Positions 1 to 10,900 of a stretch of DNA of 64,000 bases are shown in pieces (the stretch's first letter is position 1; each line of letters begins with the position of its first letter). The notes beneath the pieces were generated by a model. The model was not told the DNA's origin, ran no database searches, and was given only the letters and a program-made list of their open reading frames with translations. The position numbers and the translations under genes are program-made. Source of the DNA: a virus; IMG/VR virus record IMGVR_UViG_3300020048_000027, positions 32,001-96,000 of that record; one strand, 5' to 3'.

Positions 1-377
1 GGTCTAATATCCAGCTCTTCCGGGTCTATTCCTAAGTTGCTAGCCTCCTTTTCTAAGTTATCTAAGAACTCTTCTGGCATCTCCGATTTGTTTTTTCCCA
101 TAATCGGCATTGTAATTATGCCCAGTTTTTCAGATAACCTTTCTACATCGTAAATGTATACGAAGTTATTTGTTTTTTTACCTTTCAGTATTTCTGCATG
201 ATCTAGTTCTATAGGATCTGTTGTTACTTTATAAGCTTTCCCGTTTAATAAGTATACTGATCCGTAATCTCCTGAACCTATATATTTTGCACCTTCATCT
301 TCCAACTTATCTACCTCTCGATTAAATTTAGCATCGTATTCGAGCGGCCCTTCTAATATAATCCTAGAGAGTTTCAT
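1..377 (-). CDS. Protein-kinase-like protein (partial, runs off window start; not in ORF track)
   Basis: Hand translation from ATG at 377: MKLSRIILEGPLEY...YIGSGDYGSVYLLNGKAYKVTTDPIELDHA...ELDIRP; Gly-rich loop, beta3 Lys, helix-C Glu, start of a catalytic-loop-like DIRP. Confidence 0.7.
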   Translation of the reverse strand, partial: MKLSRIILEGPLEYDAKFNREVDKLEDEGAKYIGSGDYGSVYLLNGKAYKVTTDPIELDHAEILKGKKTNNFVYIYDVERLSEKLGIITMPIMGKNKSEMPEEFLDNLEKEASNLGIDPEELDIR

Positions 378-832
378 TAGCTAACGTCCATTGAATCATC
401 ATAACTTGCTTCTATTTCGAGAGCTTGTAATTGCTCTACAATATTATCCAATATAGTACTATCGTATCTTCGCGGTATCTTCACCCCTTCAACACCTAAG
501 TAATCTAGTAGATCGTTTGCCTCTTCTATACCTAGCTTATCTCTTTGTTCTCCTCTAAATAAATAAGTAGTATAGTACCGTCCTGATCCTGCTATATATG
601 TTATATCAATTTTACTTATATTGTCCACAAGTCCCTCTGATAGATCGTTTGACATTGTTAAGTCCAAAAATGCAGATGCTACTGCATATTTAAGTCTTTC
701 GTAATTTAATTCTGGAAATGTCTTAAATATTTCGTCTGCTACAACTTTCACTCTTTTTGAGGCCTTCTCATTAGACTGTTCAACTCTACTGGTTACCTCG
801 TCTGCCTCTATTAGTATTCTAGATAGTTTCAT
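377..832 (-). CDS. Hypothetical protein, possible internal head protein
   Basis: 151 aa; N-terminus MKLSRILIE nearly identical to downstream gene; TATTTATA motif upstream. Confidence 0.6.
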   Translation of the reverse strand: MKLSRILIEADEVTSRVEQSNEKASKRVKVVADEIFKTFPELNYERLKYAVASAFLDLTMSNDLSEGLVDNISKIDITYIAGSGRYYTTYLFRGEQRDKLGIEEANDLLDYLGVEGVKIPRRYDSTILDNIVEQLQALEIEASYDDSMDVS

Positions 833-857
833 CCTATATTAATTTCTGTTAATTTAT

Positions 858-865
858 TATAAATA
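858..865 (-). promoter_or_regulatory. Putative late promoter TATTTATA
   Basis: Same 8-mer shortly upstream of starts at 832, 6948, 17860 and 20787. Confidence 0.55.
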
Positions 866-993
866 GCACTTTTTACCTTCCAACTCCTTTTTTTCTTTCT
901 ATTGTTGCTCTTAAAGTTACCTGTGGTTTAACACATATACACCTTATCACAATATCCTTACAGTAGCTACGTTGAGTTCGTTAAAGTACCTAC

Positions 994-1464
994 TTACTCA
1001 ATATGATTAAAGTCCTTCCTGTAGAACTTTGCTAGAATGTTGTCGTTTATATACTCACTACTGCCCTCAAGTACTTCCTTAGCAAATAAGTATTTAGTTT
1101 CGTAGTATGTTAATAGTTTTTTTGTAGCTACATATGTAAGTATCTCTCTAGTAAATTCTGTTTGTTTATTTGCTTTAACTAGTGCGAGAATATCTTTATG
1201 TGACCCGTAGTATGTTTTCCAATCACTTTCTGAGATTACTTTAATCTTTGCTGGTGCTCTTCCTTTTAGTCCTTTCTCTTTTCTTTCTACTTTAAGGTCT
1301 TCTAAAGCTTTTTTACCTAGCTTCTTATTCCTTTCAAAGTTAATAACTTTCTTTCCTATGTACCTCTTTTGAGTTGGCGTATGAAGTACCTCATAAATAA
1401 ATCCAAAAGTACCCTCTGGCATGTCCTCTATATTTTCTATAACTTTTCCTTTATATAACCACAT
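994..1464 (-). CDS. GIY-YIG family endonuclease
   Basis: GFIY...RYIGKK...ESDWKTYYGS...YINDNI pattern. Confidence 0.75.
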   Translation of the reverse strand: MWLYKGKVIENIEDMPEGTFGFIYEVLHTPTQKRYIGKKVINFERNKKLGKKALEDLKVERKEKGLKGRAPAKIKVISESDWKTYYGSHKDILALVKANKQTEFTREILTYVATKKLLTYYETKYLFAKEVLEGSSEYINDNILAKFYRKDFNHIE

Positions 1465-1486
1465 TTTAATTTTACGTTAAAGTTAA

Positions 1487-2428
1487 CTACCTTCTAAATA
1501 CCACAGATCCTGAGAATGGACTACTGAATGTTACTTCCGATGTGTTAAGACCGGTGCTTTTTACTGTTTGCGGGATTGTCATCTCATATACTCCGGATGA
1601 GATGTATCTATAAGCAACAACTGTTGGAAATCTGCTATCCAAACTGTGCGTTACCGGTAAGAAAGCGTAAGCACCTCCGGTTACTACTACCTCTACTGGC
1701 GGTATTGATCCTGAGATTACACCTGGAGGTAATAAAGCTTTTACTTGAACTGATCCGGAAACTACACCTATAGGCAGTAAAGCCTTTACTTGAACTGATC
1801 CGGAAACTACACCTGGAGGTAACAATGATTTCACTTGGATAGATCCGGAAACTACTCCTAAAGGTAATAAAGCTTTTACTTGAACTGATCCGGAAACTAC
1901 ACCTATAGGCAGTAAAGCCTTTACTTGAACTGATCCGGAAACTACACCTGGAGGTAACAATGATTTCACTTGGATAGATCCGGAAACTACTCCTAAAGGT
2001 AATAAAGCTTTTACTTGAACTGATCCGGAAACTACACCTATAGGCAGTAAAGCCTTTACTTGAACTGATCCGGAAACTACACCTGGGGGTAGTACCTGTT
2101 TCACTGCGGCAGCTCCAGATGCAATAGTTGCAGCAGTTACTCCGTTAATAAATTGAGTACTTGAAGTATTTAGTATAATTGTTCTTGATTCAGCTATAGA
2201 TCCTCCACCAAGCAATCCTGCAGTCCCTGTTATTTGAACTGCGGTATGATCTATGTGCCTACTGGCAGAGTACCCTACAGTTTCATTATGATACACAATA
2301 CCTGGTGAAGCAATTATTCCTGTTAAGCCGGATCCGTCCCCTACAAAAGATCCTGTAAATCCGAGAGAAGCCGTCAAGCTTCCTTGTACGGTAATCGATC
2401 CTGTAAAGCTTGTGTTTGCTCCGCTCAT
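1487..2428 (-). CDS. Tail fibre-like protein with 15-aa tandem repeats
   Basis: Gly/Ser/Thr-rich; 9x VKxLLPxGVVSGSxQ; located with other fibre genes. Confidence 0.65.
   Translation of the reverse strand: MSGANTSFTGSITVQGSLTASLGFTGSFVGDGSGLTGIIASPGIVYHNETVGYSASRHIDHTAVQITGTAGLLGGGSIAESRTIILNTSSTQFINGVTAATIASGAAAVKQVLPPGVVSGSVQVKALLPIGVVSGSVQVKALLPLGVVSGSIQVKSLLPPGVVSGSVQVKALLPIGVVSGSVQVKALLPLGVVSGSIQVKSLLPPGVVSGSVQVKALLPIGVVSGSVQVKALLPPGVISGSIPPVEVVVTGGAYAFLPVTHSLDSRFPTVVAYRYISSGVYEMTIPQTVKSTGLNTSEVTFSSPFSGSVVFRR
1700..2104 (-). repeat. 45-bp coding tandem repeat x9 with 135-bp higher-order period
   Basis: Identical blocks at 1801 and 1936; unit variants cycle P,I,L. Confidence 0.95.
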
Positions 2429-2429
2429 A

Positions 2430-3131
2430 TTATGAAGTTCGTATTAATATGAAGTTATCACTTCTGTATAATCCTCCTACAGGTACACCACCAGCTGCTG
2501 CTGCGGTATCGTTAACATAATTACGACTTGTAAGAACTTCTGATAATATTAAAAATCCATCTACATGTTCAACGTTTCCTATTATGTTGCTGCTTCCTGA
2601 TAGTATAAGTGATCCTGTTATTTCGCTTGTTCCACTTACCTTAATCTTTCCTGTTACAGCTACTTTTCCTGTATTTGTTTGATTTCCTACTAGTTTTAAT
2701 GATCCTAGTATTTCTAGAGATCCTGTTCTTTCATGAACATCGTCTGCAGTATCCCCAAACCTGGTTGAGCCGCTTTCGTAGATCACTGAATTATTAACAA
2801 GTTCTGTTTGAAATTCTTGAGCAGTTAATCTTCCTGTAACTATTAGTGATCCTGTAATCTCTTGATTACCTTCTAACTTAAGTAGGTTTTTTTGATACTG
2901 GTACTTAAACTTACTACTTCCGGCTAATTGGGTTGACCCACTTTTAAAGATTATCTGTGTGTCTGTTGCATTATCTGAGCCTATATTATGGGTTATAGAG
3001 CTGCCCGATGTGTAAAGGGTTATGCTACTTCCCTCCAGAGAAGAGGAGTGATAGAAGCCTTTAAGGTTATTATCCATCTCTGTATGAGTAATAGCTGATC
3101 CTTTCCCTGCTCTTGTTGTTATTATTGCCAT
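2430..3131 (-). CDS. Tail fibre-like protein
   Basis: ITHTEMDNN N-terminus; TAQEF..SGSTRFGD..DxH..TGS block shared with next gene. Confidence 0.65.
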   Translation of the reverse strand: MAIITTRAGKGSAITHTEMDNNLKGFYHSSSLEGSSITLYTSGSSITHNIGSDNATDTQIIFKSGSTQLAGSSKFKYQYQKNLLKLEGNQEITGSLIVTGRLTAQEFQTELVNNSVIYESGSTRFGDTADDVHERTGSLEILGSLKLVGNQTNTGKVAVTGKIKVSGTSEITGSLILSGSSNIIGNVEHVDGFLILSEVLTSRNYVNDTAAAAGGVPVGGLYRSDNFILIRTS

Positions 3132-3155
3132 TTTACTTTATATTTTGTTTAACTC

Positions 3156-4166
3156 CTACCATGTTGTAGCTAATGCTCTGATCCATGAATTTGTAGCTGT
3201 GCATATATACAGTCCTGTTGATGTTAATCTTATCTCCCCTCTTGTTCCAATGGAGCCTGAGGTTGCTGGTGCTGTGTTTAAGTCGGATAGTCTAAGTTGA
3301 GTTACTGTTGCTGTTCCCTGCAAGCCTATAGATCCTGTTAGAATTGTGTTTCCTACTCTAGTAATTCCTCCCGTTACTACCTCATTACCTGTTCTAATAC
3401 TATTTCCTACTAAGTTATAAGATCCAGATATATTAACGGATCCTGTTATTTGATGTGTATCGTTAGCACTGTCTCCAAACTTGGTTGAACCGCTTTGATA
3501 TACTATTGAACTGTTAACAAGTTCCGTACGAAACTCTTGAGCTGTAACTGTACCTGTAACCTTTAATGATCCTGTAATCTCTACCGGGCCTGTAAATCCT
3601 ATACTAGGACCTGTCCATAGAAAAGATCCTGAACCATCTAATTTTGCTTGAGGTATTTCAACTCCAAATCCTGTATTACTTCCGGATGTTGAAAATGATC
3701 CTGATACTACTACATCTCCTAAAAGTAATGTACTTCCTTCTGATATGAATGATGTTTTAGAAACTACTGCTTGTTGAAATTCGACTGCTCCACCTACTGT
3801 TAGGGTATCCGTAAATTCTACAGGACCGTCCCAATACTGCTCTCCTATTCCGTGAAGAGATGCAGTTGGTGTTACTGTGTTTATACCTACCCTACTTGCT
3901 GCAGGATTATACATAAAACCAGCTGCTCCTGTTATTTGACTTCCGCTACGGAAAAGCACGCTTAATGGCGGTGCATCTTCTACGTTATATAACGGTATTT
4001 CGTGTACAGGATTTTGTATAGGTACGTTTATGCTGCTTGCATAATGCAGTAATAAAGTAGCTCCATTATCTATAACAGAACTTGAATAGAAACATGAACC
4101 GAAATTCTCATCCATTTCTGAATAAGTAAGTGCTTCACTTTTATCTGCTCTAAATATAATACTCAT
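3156..4166 (-). CDS. Tail fibre-like protein, paralog of 2430..3131
   Basis: LTYSEMDENF N-terminus; VGINTVTPTASLH; shared TAQEF/SGSTKFGD block. Confidence 0.65.
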   Translation of the reverse strand: MSIIFRADKSEALTYSEMDENFGSCFYSSSVIDNGATLLLHYASSINVPIQNPVHEIPLYNVEDAPPLSVLFRSGSQITGAAGFMYNPAASRVGINTVTPTASLHGIGEQYWDGPVEFTDTLTVGGAVEFQQAVVSKTSFISEGSTLLLGDVVVSGSFSTSGSNTGFGVEIPQAKLDGSGSFLWTGPSIGFTGPVEITGSLKVTGTVTAQEFRTELVNSSIVYQSGSTKFGDSANDTHQITGSVNISGSYNLVGNSIRTGNEVVTGGITRVGNTILTGSIGLQGTATVTQLRLSDLNTAPATSGSIGTRGEIRLTSTGLYICTATNSWIRALATTW

Positions 4167-4176
4167 AATTTACTTT

Positions 4177-5205
4177 TTATATATCGATCTGAACTATTAA
4201 TGTCATATCTGTGTTATTAGGTTTTGGTATAGGTTTACTGTATTTTGCAACTGCTAATAATTCGTTTGCATCGTTGTATAATCCTACCGTTGTGATATAT
4301 GGTTGAAAATCTGGTCCAGATACATTGTTTAATAAATCTCCCGATGTTCCACTTATTGCTGATGGATTATATGTAAAATTCATCTCCGTGTCTTTAATCT
4401 TACAGTGCACGTTATAAGTATAAATAGGTAGATTAGATTTCCATCTAACTCTTGGTCTTGAGTAGGTGCTATAATATCTTGCTACTTCTGGGTTTGTTAT
4501 TATTACCTGTCCATGGCTGTATATTACATCCCCCACTATACTATCATCTGTACAGCTTCCTAGTCTCGATCCGGAGTATATAAGTTTTCCTTCCCCGTCA
4601 TCTACTAGCTCTATTCTATGTTGCTCATTACCTACCGTTAAATACTCTCCTCCTGCTTCTAATGTTTCAAGTACATAGTCCCCTTCATTCTCTATATATT
4701 CTGAGCATATTACTTCTCTAACAGATCCAAAAACATTGCAGGGAGATATTACATAATTATCTCTAGCGTAATCAGCTAGATAATACCCGTCTTGCATACT
4801 GGCAGTACACTCAAAAGGTGATATTACTATTGAATTTGGTTCTAGGTGCGTCCCTGTAACGTTTTGTGAGATTGAAAATACTGCGACTTCATCTTGTATA
4901 CGTCTTGACTCATCCGTAAAAGAACTTTCAAGTATACTGTCAAAGGATCCTGAGAAGTTTCCGTCTTTATCGACTATTGAATAGTAATTCTGATATACAC
5001 TTTGCCAGGTTAATGCTTCATAATGGCCCTCTCTTAAATCTGTTAAATAAGGGTATCCTGGGGTTTCATCTTTGAACCCTCTCAGCACCTTTATACCGTA
5101 ACTATCTGATAATTCAGAACGGCTTCCGCTTACTTCCCATAATTTCTGGGCATTGTATGTAGATACAAATACATCTTGTTTGTTTAGTTTTTTATAAGCG
5201 CTCAT
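4177..5205 (-). CDS. Baseplate/tail-fibre attachment protein
   Basis: C-terminal PYITTVGLYNDANELLAVAK..P..K resembles tail-collar (DUF3751-like) motif. Confidence 0.6.
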   Translation of the reverse strand: MSAYKKLNKQDVFVSTYNAQKLWEVSGSRSELSDSYGIKVLRGFKDETPGYPYLTDLREGHYEALTWQSVYQNYYSIVDKDGNFSGSFDSILESSFTDESRRIQDEVAVFSISQNVTGTHLEPNSIVISPFECTASMQDGYYLADYARDNYVISPCNVFGSVREVICSEYIENEGDYVLETLEAGGEYLTVGNEQHRIELVDDGEGKLIYSGSRLGSCTDDSIVGDVIYSHGQVIITNPEVARYYSTYSRPRVRWKSNLPIYTYNVHCKIKDTEMNFTYNPSAISGTSGDLLNNVSGPDFQPYITTVGLYNDANELLAVAKYSKPIPKPNNTDMTLIVQIDI

Positions 5206-5248
5206 CTACTACTCTTAGCTATTACTTCGTTTAGTACTAACCACAGCA

Positions 5249-6286
5249 TCAAAAATCTAATTTTATCCGAACTAATGCTTCCTTTGTAAAGTCTTTTAGC
5301 AACGGTCTTGATAGTTTAGCTACTGCCAGTAGGTCATTATTATCATTGTAAAGTCCTACAGTTGTTGCATAGGCTTGTGGTGAGTTTATCATTGTATCAT
5401 GTCTTAACTCTCCTGATCCTGTAATTGCTGAAGGGTTAGTTGTATAGTTAAATTCAGAATTTCTTGCTCTAACAAATACAAAATTTGATGATATTGTTTC
5501 TTCTGCGTTTAATCTAAAAGCGCTTCCTGAATTCATTGATAAGATAAGTCTGTTTAGATTTCCTCCGTCTGCTCCTCTTACCCTACTAGTACTTAGTTTG
5601 ATTCCTCCGGTTGCTATAGGTTCATCTAATGCTGCTCCATTTAGTAAAATTATACCGACGTCTGGTAGAAATTTTCCATAAGACCCTTTAGTTGCTGTAT
5701 ATCCATTAGCGTTAAGGCTCTCGTGACGGTTAGTCAATGATCCAGTAATTAATTCAAAGATTCTTCCAGAATCCGCATAAGATACTGTTGAAACAAAGTT
5801 ACTATCGTCTACAAGTGTGATTGTCATTGGTTCTGCTTGAACACTTAAGTCTGTGTGTGTTAAGGTAAGGCTAAATGTACCTGGTAGTAATTTTTCCTTA
5901 TATCTTGCTCTATCTACTGAGATTACATAGAAGTACTCAGAAGGGATCCCTCCAAATTTAAAATCCTGTTCTTCATCTCCCAGTACTAAGCTTCTATATT
6001 GTCCGTATACAGTAGAAGTGTGTGAAACACCTGGTACTAATGCGTTATAGTAAAGTGATCCGGAACCTTTCTTATCTGCATATGCTAAGCTAAATTGCAT
6101 TTCGGCTGCATCCGATGTGAACGGTTCTTGATATACTGTATAATAGTAATCCCCTGATGTACTTGCTGCTTGTGTTGAAGAGATGTAAAAGGATTCAAGT
6201 GTGTGTGAATTACCTGTCCATATTGCAGAGGTTACTGATTCTGCACCTACTACTACGTCTTCTTGATCGAATCTTTTATATGACAT
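5249..6286 (-). CDS. Baseplate/tail-fibre attachment protein, paralog of 4177..5205
   Basis: C-terminal TTVGLYNDNNDLLAVAKLSRPLLK. Confidence 0.6.
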   Translation of the reverse strand: MSYKRFDQEDVVVGAESVTSAIWTGNSHTLESFYISSTQAASTSGDYYYTVYQEPFTSDAAEMQFSLAYADKKGSGSLYYNALVPGVSHTSTVYGQYRSLVLGDEEQDFKFGGIPSEYFYVISVDRARYKEKLLPGTFSLTLTHTDLSVQAEPMTITLVDDSNFVSTVSYADSGRIFELITGSLTNRHESLNANGYTATKGSYGKFLPDVGIILLNGAALDEPIATGGIKLSTSRVRGADGGNLNRLILSMNSGSAFRLNAEETISSNFVFVRARNSEFNYTTNPSAITGSGELRHDTMINSPQAYATTVGLYNDNNDLLAVAKLSRPLLKDFTKEALVRIKLDF

Positions 6287-6288
6287 GA

Positions 6289-6948
6289 TTAAACTGATGT
6301 TTTATTTATAGTTACTGGAATTGTTATTCTTGCTCCTGAGTCTCTTCCTGTAACTGTTAGTGTTGTTTGTAGTTTTGTTCTTGTTCCAAACAATGTGTTT
6401 AATGTAGTTGCAGTAAGGTTTATAGAAGTTCCCATCACTGTTTTAGATACGTTTGTACCATATGTTGTTGCTGTATTCAATGCAATTGCAGCATCGCTGT
6501 TAATTCCTACTCCTGTATATGAGCTAAGAACTCTTACATCTGCTATAGTAGCGGTATAACCTCCTGCTTCAAAAGTAGAAGTTGCTCCTAAATAATTTAA
6601 AGTCTGAGGAGTTATAGCAAGTGATGCTCCTTGCTTCAATATAATAGAGGCATAACCTAAATCTAAGATTGGTAATTTTGATGTTCCTCTAGGAAGTGTT
6701 GCAAGTTTATACTTCATTATTTGAGTCTCATCCGGGAATGCTTCTAGTAACGGCATATTCTCTATTGCCTCACCGTAGTAAGCAGACCCATTCGGATGAC
6801 TTGGATTATACAGAGTATAGTCTATCTCATCATCTGCGAGGGCAAATTGTGTTATTTTAAAAGATCCGTCGCCTCTAGCTAATAGTTCTCTACCTTTTTT
6901 TGTTAATATTGCATCTACCGTTACGATAGCATTGTCTAAATATCCCAT
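6289..6948 (-). CDS. Virion structural protein (baseplate region)
   Basis: VDAILTKKGRELLA..FKITQFALADDE N-terminus; late motif upstream. Confidence 0.55.
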   Translation of the reverse strand: MGYLDNAIVTVDAILTKKGRELLARGDGSFKITQFALADDEIDYTLYNPSHPNGSAYYGEAIENMPLLEAFPDETQIMKYKLATLPRGTSKLPILDLGYASIILKQGASLAITPQTLNYLGATSTFEAGGYTATIADVRVLSSYTGVGINSDAAIALNTATTYGTNVSKTVMGTSINLTATTLNTLFGTRTKLQTTLTVTGRDSGARITIPVTINKTSV

Positions 6949-6964
6949 TTCTTACTTATTTAAT

Positions 6965-6972
6965 TATAAATA
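6965..6972 (-). promoter_or_regulatory. Putative late promoter TATTTATA
   Basis: Intergenic, just upstream of ATG at 6948. Confidence 0.55.
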
Positions 6973-6989
6973 TATTGTTTTATTAATTA

Positions 6990-7889
6990 CTAAACAACTT
7001 GAATAACTTTCCCTAGTTTATCTGTTGTATACATTTTACCGTTATCTATTCCATATACTGCTTGTCCTACAATACGGACAAATTTATTACCTATTGCTTG
7101 GTATAGTATTTTATTCTCACTAGCATATGTTACCAGTGGAAATTTAGCATCTTTATGTTGAGGTGTATTAAAATATACGTTATATACATCCCTATCACTT
7201 AACTGTATAGCTTTTACTGTATCATAGTTAGATCCTGATGCATGTAAACTTCCATCAAAACTTACCAAAGCTAATGCAGGGTTATTACCTTCCACACTTC
7301 CGCTAGTCAGTTTTGTTCCTTTATACCTTGCGTTTACCCATCCTGTCAGGCTGTAATTACTGTCTTGAACTTTTGCTGGCGTGGCAGAAGAGCTTACTAT
7401 AGCTTCATAGTTAGTAGGTATTACCTTATCTGCTAATCTATCTACTTGCTGTATATGTTGAGAGGCTCTTAACTCATTTGCGTTACTGATTAAGGGATTA
7501 TAGTCGTTATTTCTAAATGAAACTCTAGCGTATGGATTTATTATAACTTCTGAATCTACTGTGCCTGGTAGTGTTTCCCCTACATACCCGTTATATATAT
7601 CATCCGGCAGGTTTGCTACTTCCTGTATAGGAAATACTATAGAATAGTAACTCCCTTGTAGCACTATGTCTGTTACATTTATAGTTAGCAGTGTTCCGTT
7701 AACATTAAATATTAACTCTTCTGCCTCTCTCATTGTCGTACGTAGGTCTATTCCGTTTTTACTTTCAAGGGGAATTGTAATTGCGACGATATCGTAAGGT
7801 GCTACTGATCCGGAGTACATTACATTCATGTGCCCCGGTCCTGAAGCTGCTGGGTTAATTTTTATAAAATCTAATAATTTTAATGCCAT
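6990..7889 (-). CDS. Putative virion structural protein
   Basis: 299-aa beta-rich ORF within baseplate cluster. Confidence 0.5.
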   Translation of the reverse strand: MALKLLDFIKINPAASGPGHMNVMYSGSVAPYDIVAITIPLESKNGIDLRTTMREAEELIFNVNGTLLTINVTDIVLQGSYYSIVFPIQEVANLPDDIYNGYVGETLPGTVDSEVIINPYARVSFRNNDYNPLISNANELRASQHIQQVDRLADKVIPTNYEAIVSSSATPAKVQDSNYSLTGWVNARYKGTKLTSGSVEGNNPALALVSFDGSLHASGSNYDTVKAIQLSDRDVYNVYFNTPQHKDAKFPLVTYASENKILYQAIGNKFVRIVGQAVYGIDNGKMYTTDKLGKVIQVV

Positions 7890-7908
7890 ACTTTACTGTC
7901 TATTGTAT

Positions 7909-10900
7909 TTAATATACTCCCTGGTACTCAAAAACTTTACCTTGACTTCCTCCTAATAAATAGAACTTACTTCCGTCTGGTCTGAAATCCATACCTTTTA
8001 TATTGCTTGTTTGTGTGGATACTAATTTTACACCTACAAATTCGGCAGTTGATAGTTCCCAACTTTTTTGAAGTAAGAATTCAGATACCTTATTATATTC
8101 TTGTGATATATAGAATTTATCTCCTACTGTAGATAGTGTTACTTTATTTCCATCTAAGGTTATCCCTAATGGTACTTCATATTTATCTAAGTATGTAGCG
8201 GTTGATAGTTTCCAGGCAGTTGATAATTCGTAATGTGCTATATCTCTACTTACCGTATTACTAATATACATATGTGTCCCATCGTTATTAAAATAGAGAT
8301 CCTCAACTTTAGTATACGGTGCTACATTTAGACTGCCGGAATATACAGCGGTTGGAATATCATGCGGGATTGTTAGGTTATACTGTTGTATATTTGCAGA
8401 ATTTCCTGCTGTATACAAAAAGTCTCCATCTGTTGATACAAAAGCTGCATACCTTATATTAGGTTCCTGTTCTCCTATAGTAAGTGTTTTAGGTAGCTCT
8501 GTATAGCTAGTTATATCCCAGGCGGTTGCTAAAGGAAGTTCATAGACTTTATCTGTTTGATCTCCAGATAGGAATAATTTCTCTCCATTTGATGAAAAGT
8601 CTATACCTGTCGGTGATATGTCTATTAAAGATAAATCAATGAAGGGGTTCACACTATCTGATGTTATTATCTCCCATGGTGTTGATAGATTGTAAATATT
8701 TACTATATCTGGGGATGGTGCTAGAGAGTTTACATATAAGGTTTCTCCGTTATAGGAGAAGGTTATACTTCCTATACTAGTGCTTTGAGCAGAAACAGTA
8801 ATTAAAGTTCTATAGGTTGCTGTTGCGATATCCCATGGAGTACTTAGTGCATACTGCACAATTAAATTACTAGTGGTTACTATATACAGTCTATCTCCGT
8901 TTGCAGAGAGCGTAATATCTTGTAAACCGTAACCCGAGTTTAGTACTGCTGATTTTACTAATGTTCTTGTACTGCCTGCATTCCAGGCTGTAGATAAGGT
9001 ATACTGTGTTAGGACTGTATTATATACTGTGTACATTTTGGTACCGTCACTAGAGAATGCTAGTTCAGTTACGTTACCTATATAGGTATATCCTGAGGTT
9101 GTTACGCTACTAATTGTCCAAGCTGTTCCTAATACATACCTGTAGATTGTCCAGATTGAAATACCTGCTACGTTTAGCGTAAGTCCGTCTGTACTTATTG
9201 TGATTTTTCCAGTAGATGCAGCATTAAGTGATATATACCCTACGGTACTAGCTGTTGAGGTATCCCAAGGATTTGTTAACGTATATTGGTATAACCTGTT
9301 AGAAGTTCCTACTTGTCCTGATACGTACATATATAAACCGTTTTCAGAAAATGCGATACTGTAGACTGTTGTGTGTTCTGCAGAATTAAAGCTGTCTAGG
9401 TTACGGTTTAACATCTCTTGAAGGTTCCAAGGTGTTGCTGATGTACACTGTGTTACCTTGCCTGTGCCCAGTATATACATGTTTAATCCGTCGTCTGAGA
9501 ATTTTATACCTTTCGGAGAAGATTCTACATCGTTAATTAATACTGATCCGCTTAAGATTGCTCCAGCGGTTGAGTAGTTTGTAGGTAGTGTGTAAACATC
9601 TATTTTTTCTGCATTATTTACGTCTACTATGTTATATAACGTACTTCCTATAGCATCAAAAGTAAATCCTTTTGATAAAGCTGCAATATTAAAGTACCCT
9701 GGTATATAAGCAGTAGAAATATTCCAAGCAGTTGTCAGTTTAAACTGTGTTACATCTGAGTTACTTCCTTTATTATTACATCCTGCTATATACATGTTTA
9801 GTCCGTCCGGTGAAAATGTTATATCTCGAGGAGTATTTTCTATAGTGTCTAGACTCAGTGTATTAACTATTGCTCCTCTACTAGCAATGGTCCAGGGAGT
9901 TGATAAGGTATATTGTAACACTCTATCAAGGGAATAATCTACTGTGTATAGACGTGTTCCGTCAGGTGAAATGTAAAGTCCTCCTGGTGCTTCGTGATTA
10001 TTTATTTCGTCTACGGTTGATGAACTTATAGGTATAATGTTCCATGCGTTAACAGGGGTTGTTATAATTGCTTCTGGACCGTACCCGTCTATTGTATATA
10101 GCTTAGTTCCGTCATACGAGAACTTAATATCTGTTACATATCCTTGGTAGTCCATCACTGGATATGATCCGTTCCAAGTTGCTGTTAGAATATTCCAAGC
10201 TTCTGTTAATACATATCTATACACGGTAGATGAGCTTAGTGAATACATATACAAACCGTCTGTTGAGAAGGTTAATGCTCTCTGACCACTACTCACTACT
10301 GTATAACTATTTTGAAATGTTGCACTCTTAACATCCCAAGGAGTGCTTAAAGTATAGCTGTTAACTTTGTTAAATTGCTGTCCTATTATAAACATTTTAC
10401 TTCCGTCTGTGGAAAACTCCACACCGGCCACAAGCGCATCTTGAGCGTATACTGAGTACTGTGTTATCTGTTTTATAGCTGATGTTATATCCCAGGCTGT
10501 CTGTAGCGTATATGTGACTATCCTTTTTCTCTCATCCCCCATTATATAAAGTGATGTTCCGTTAGGTGATATTTCAATACCTATTGCGGAGAAATCTTCA
10601 TTACCTATGTAAAAGTAGCGTCCTGTTGTGTAGTTTGCTGATGTTATATCCCAGGCTGTTTGTAAAGAATATTCATACACCCTATCTCTACTTTCCCCTA
10701 GTATAAACATTTTATCTCCAGTTGCAGAGAGTTTTAACCCTGTCACACTTGAATCTACAATAGCTGTAGAGATATTTTGTGGCTTACCTGCAGTATCTAT
10801 GCTCCAAGGTGTCTGTAAAGTAAATTGTTTTAACTCGTTAGGAGATGTTGTAACTGTATATACTTTTTTTCCATCTTGTGATAACCTAACATTGGTTGTA

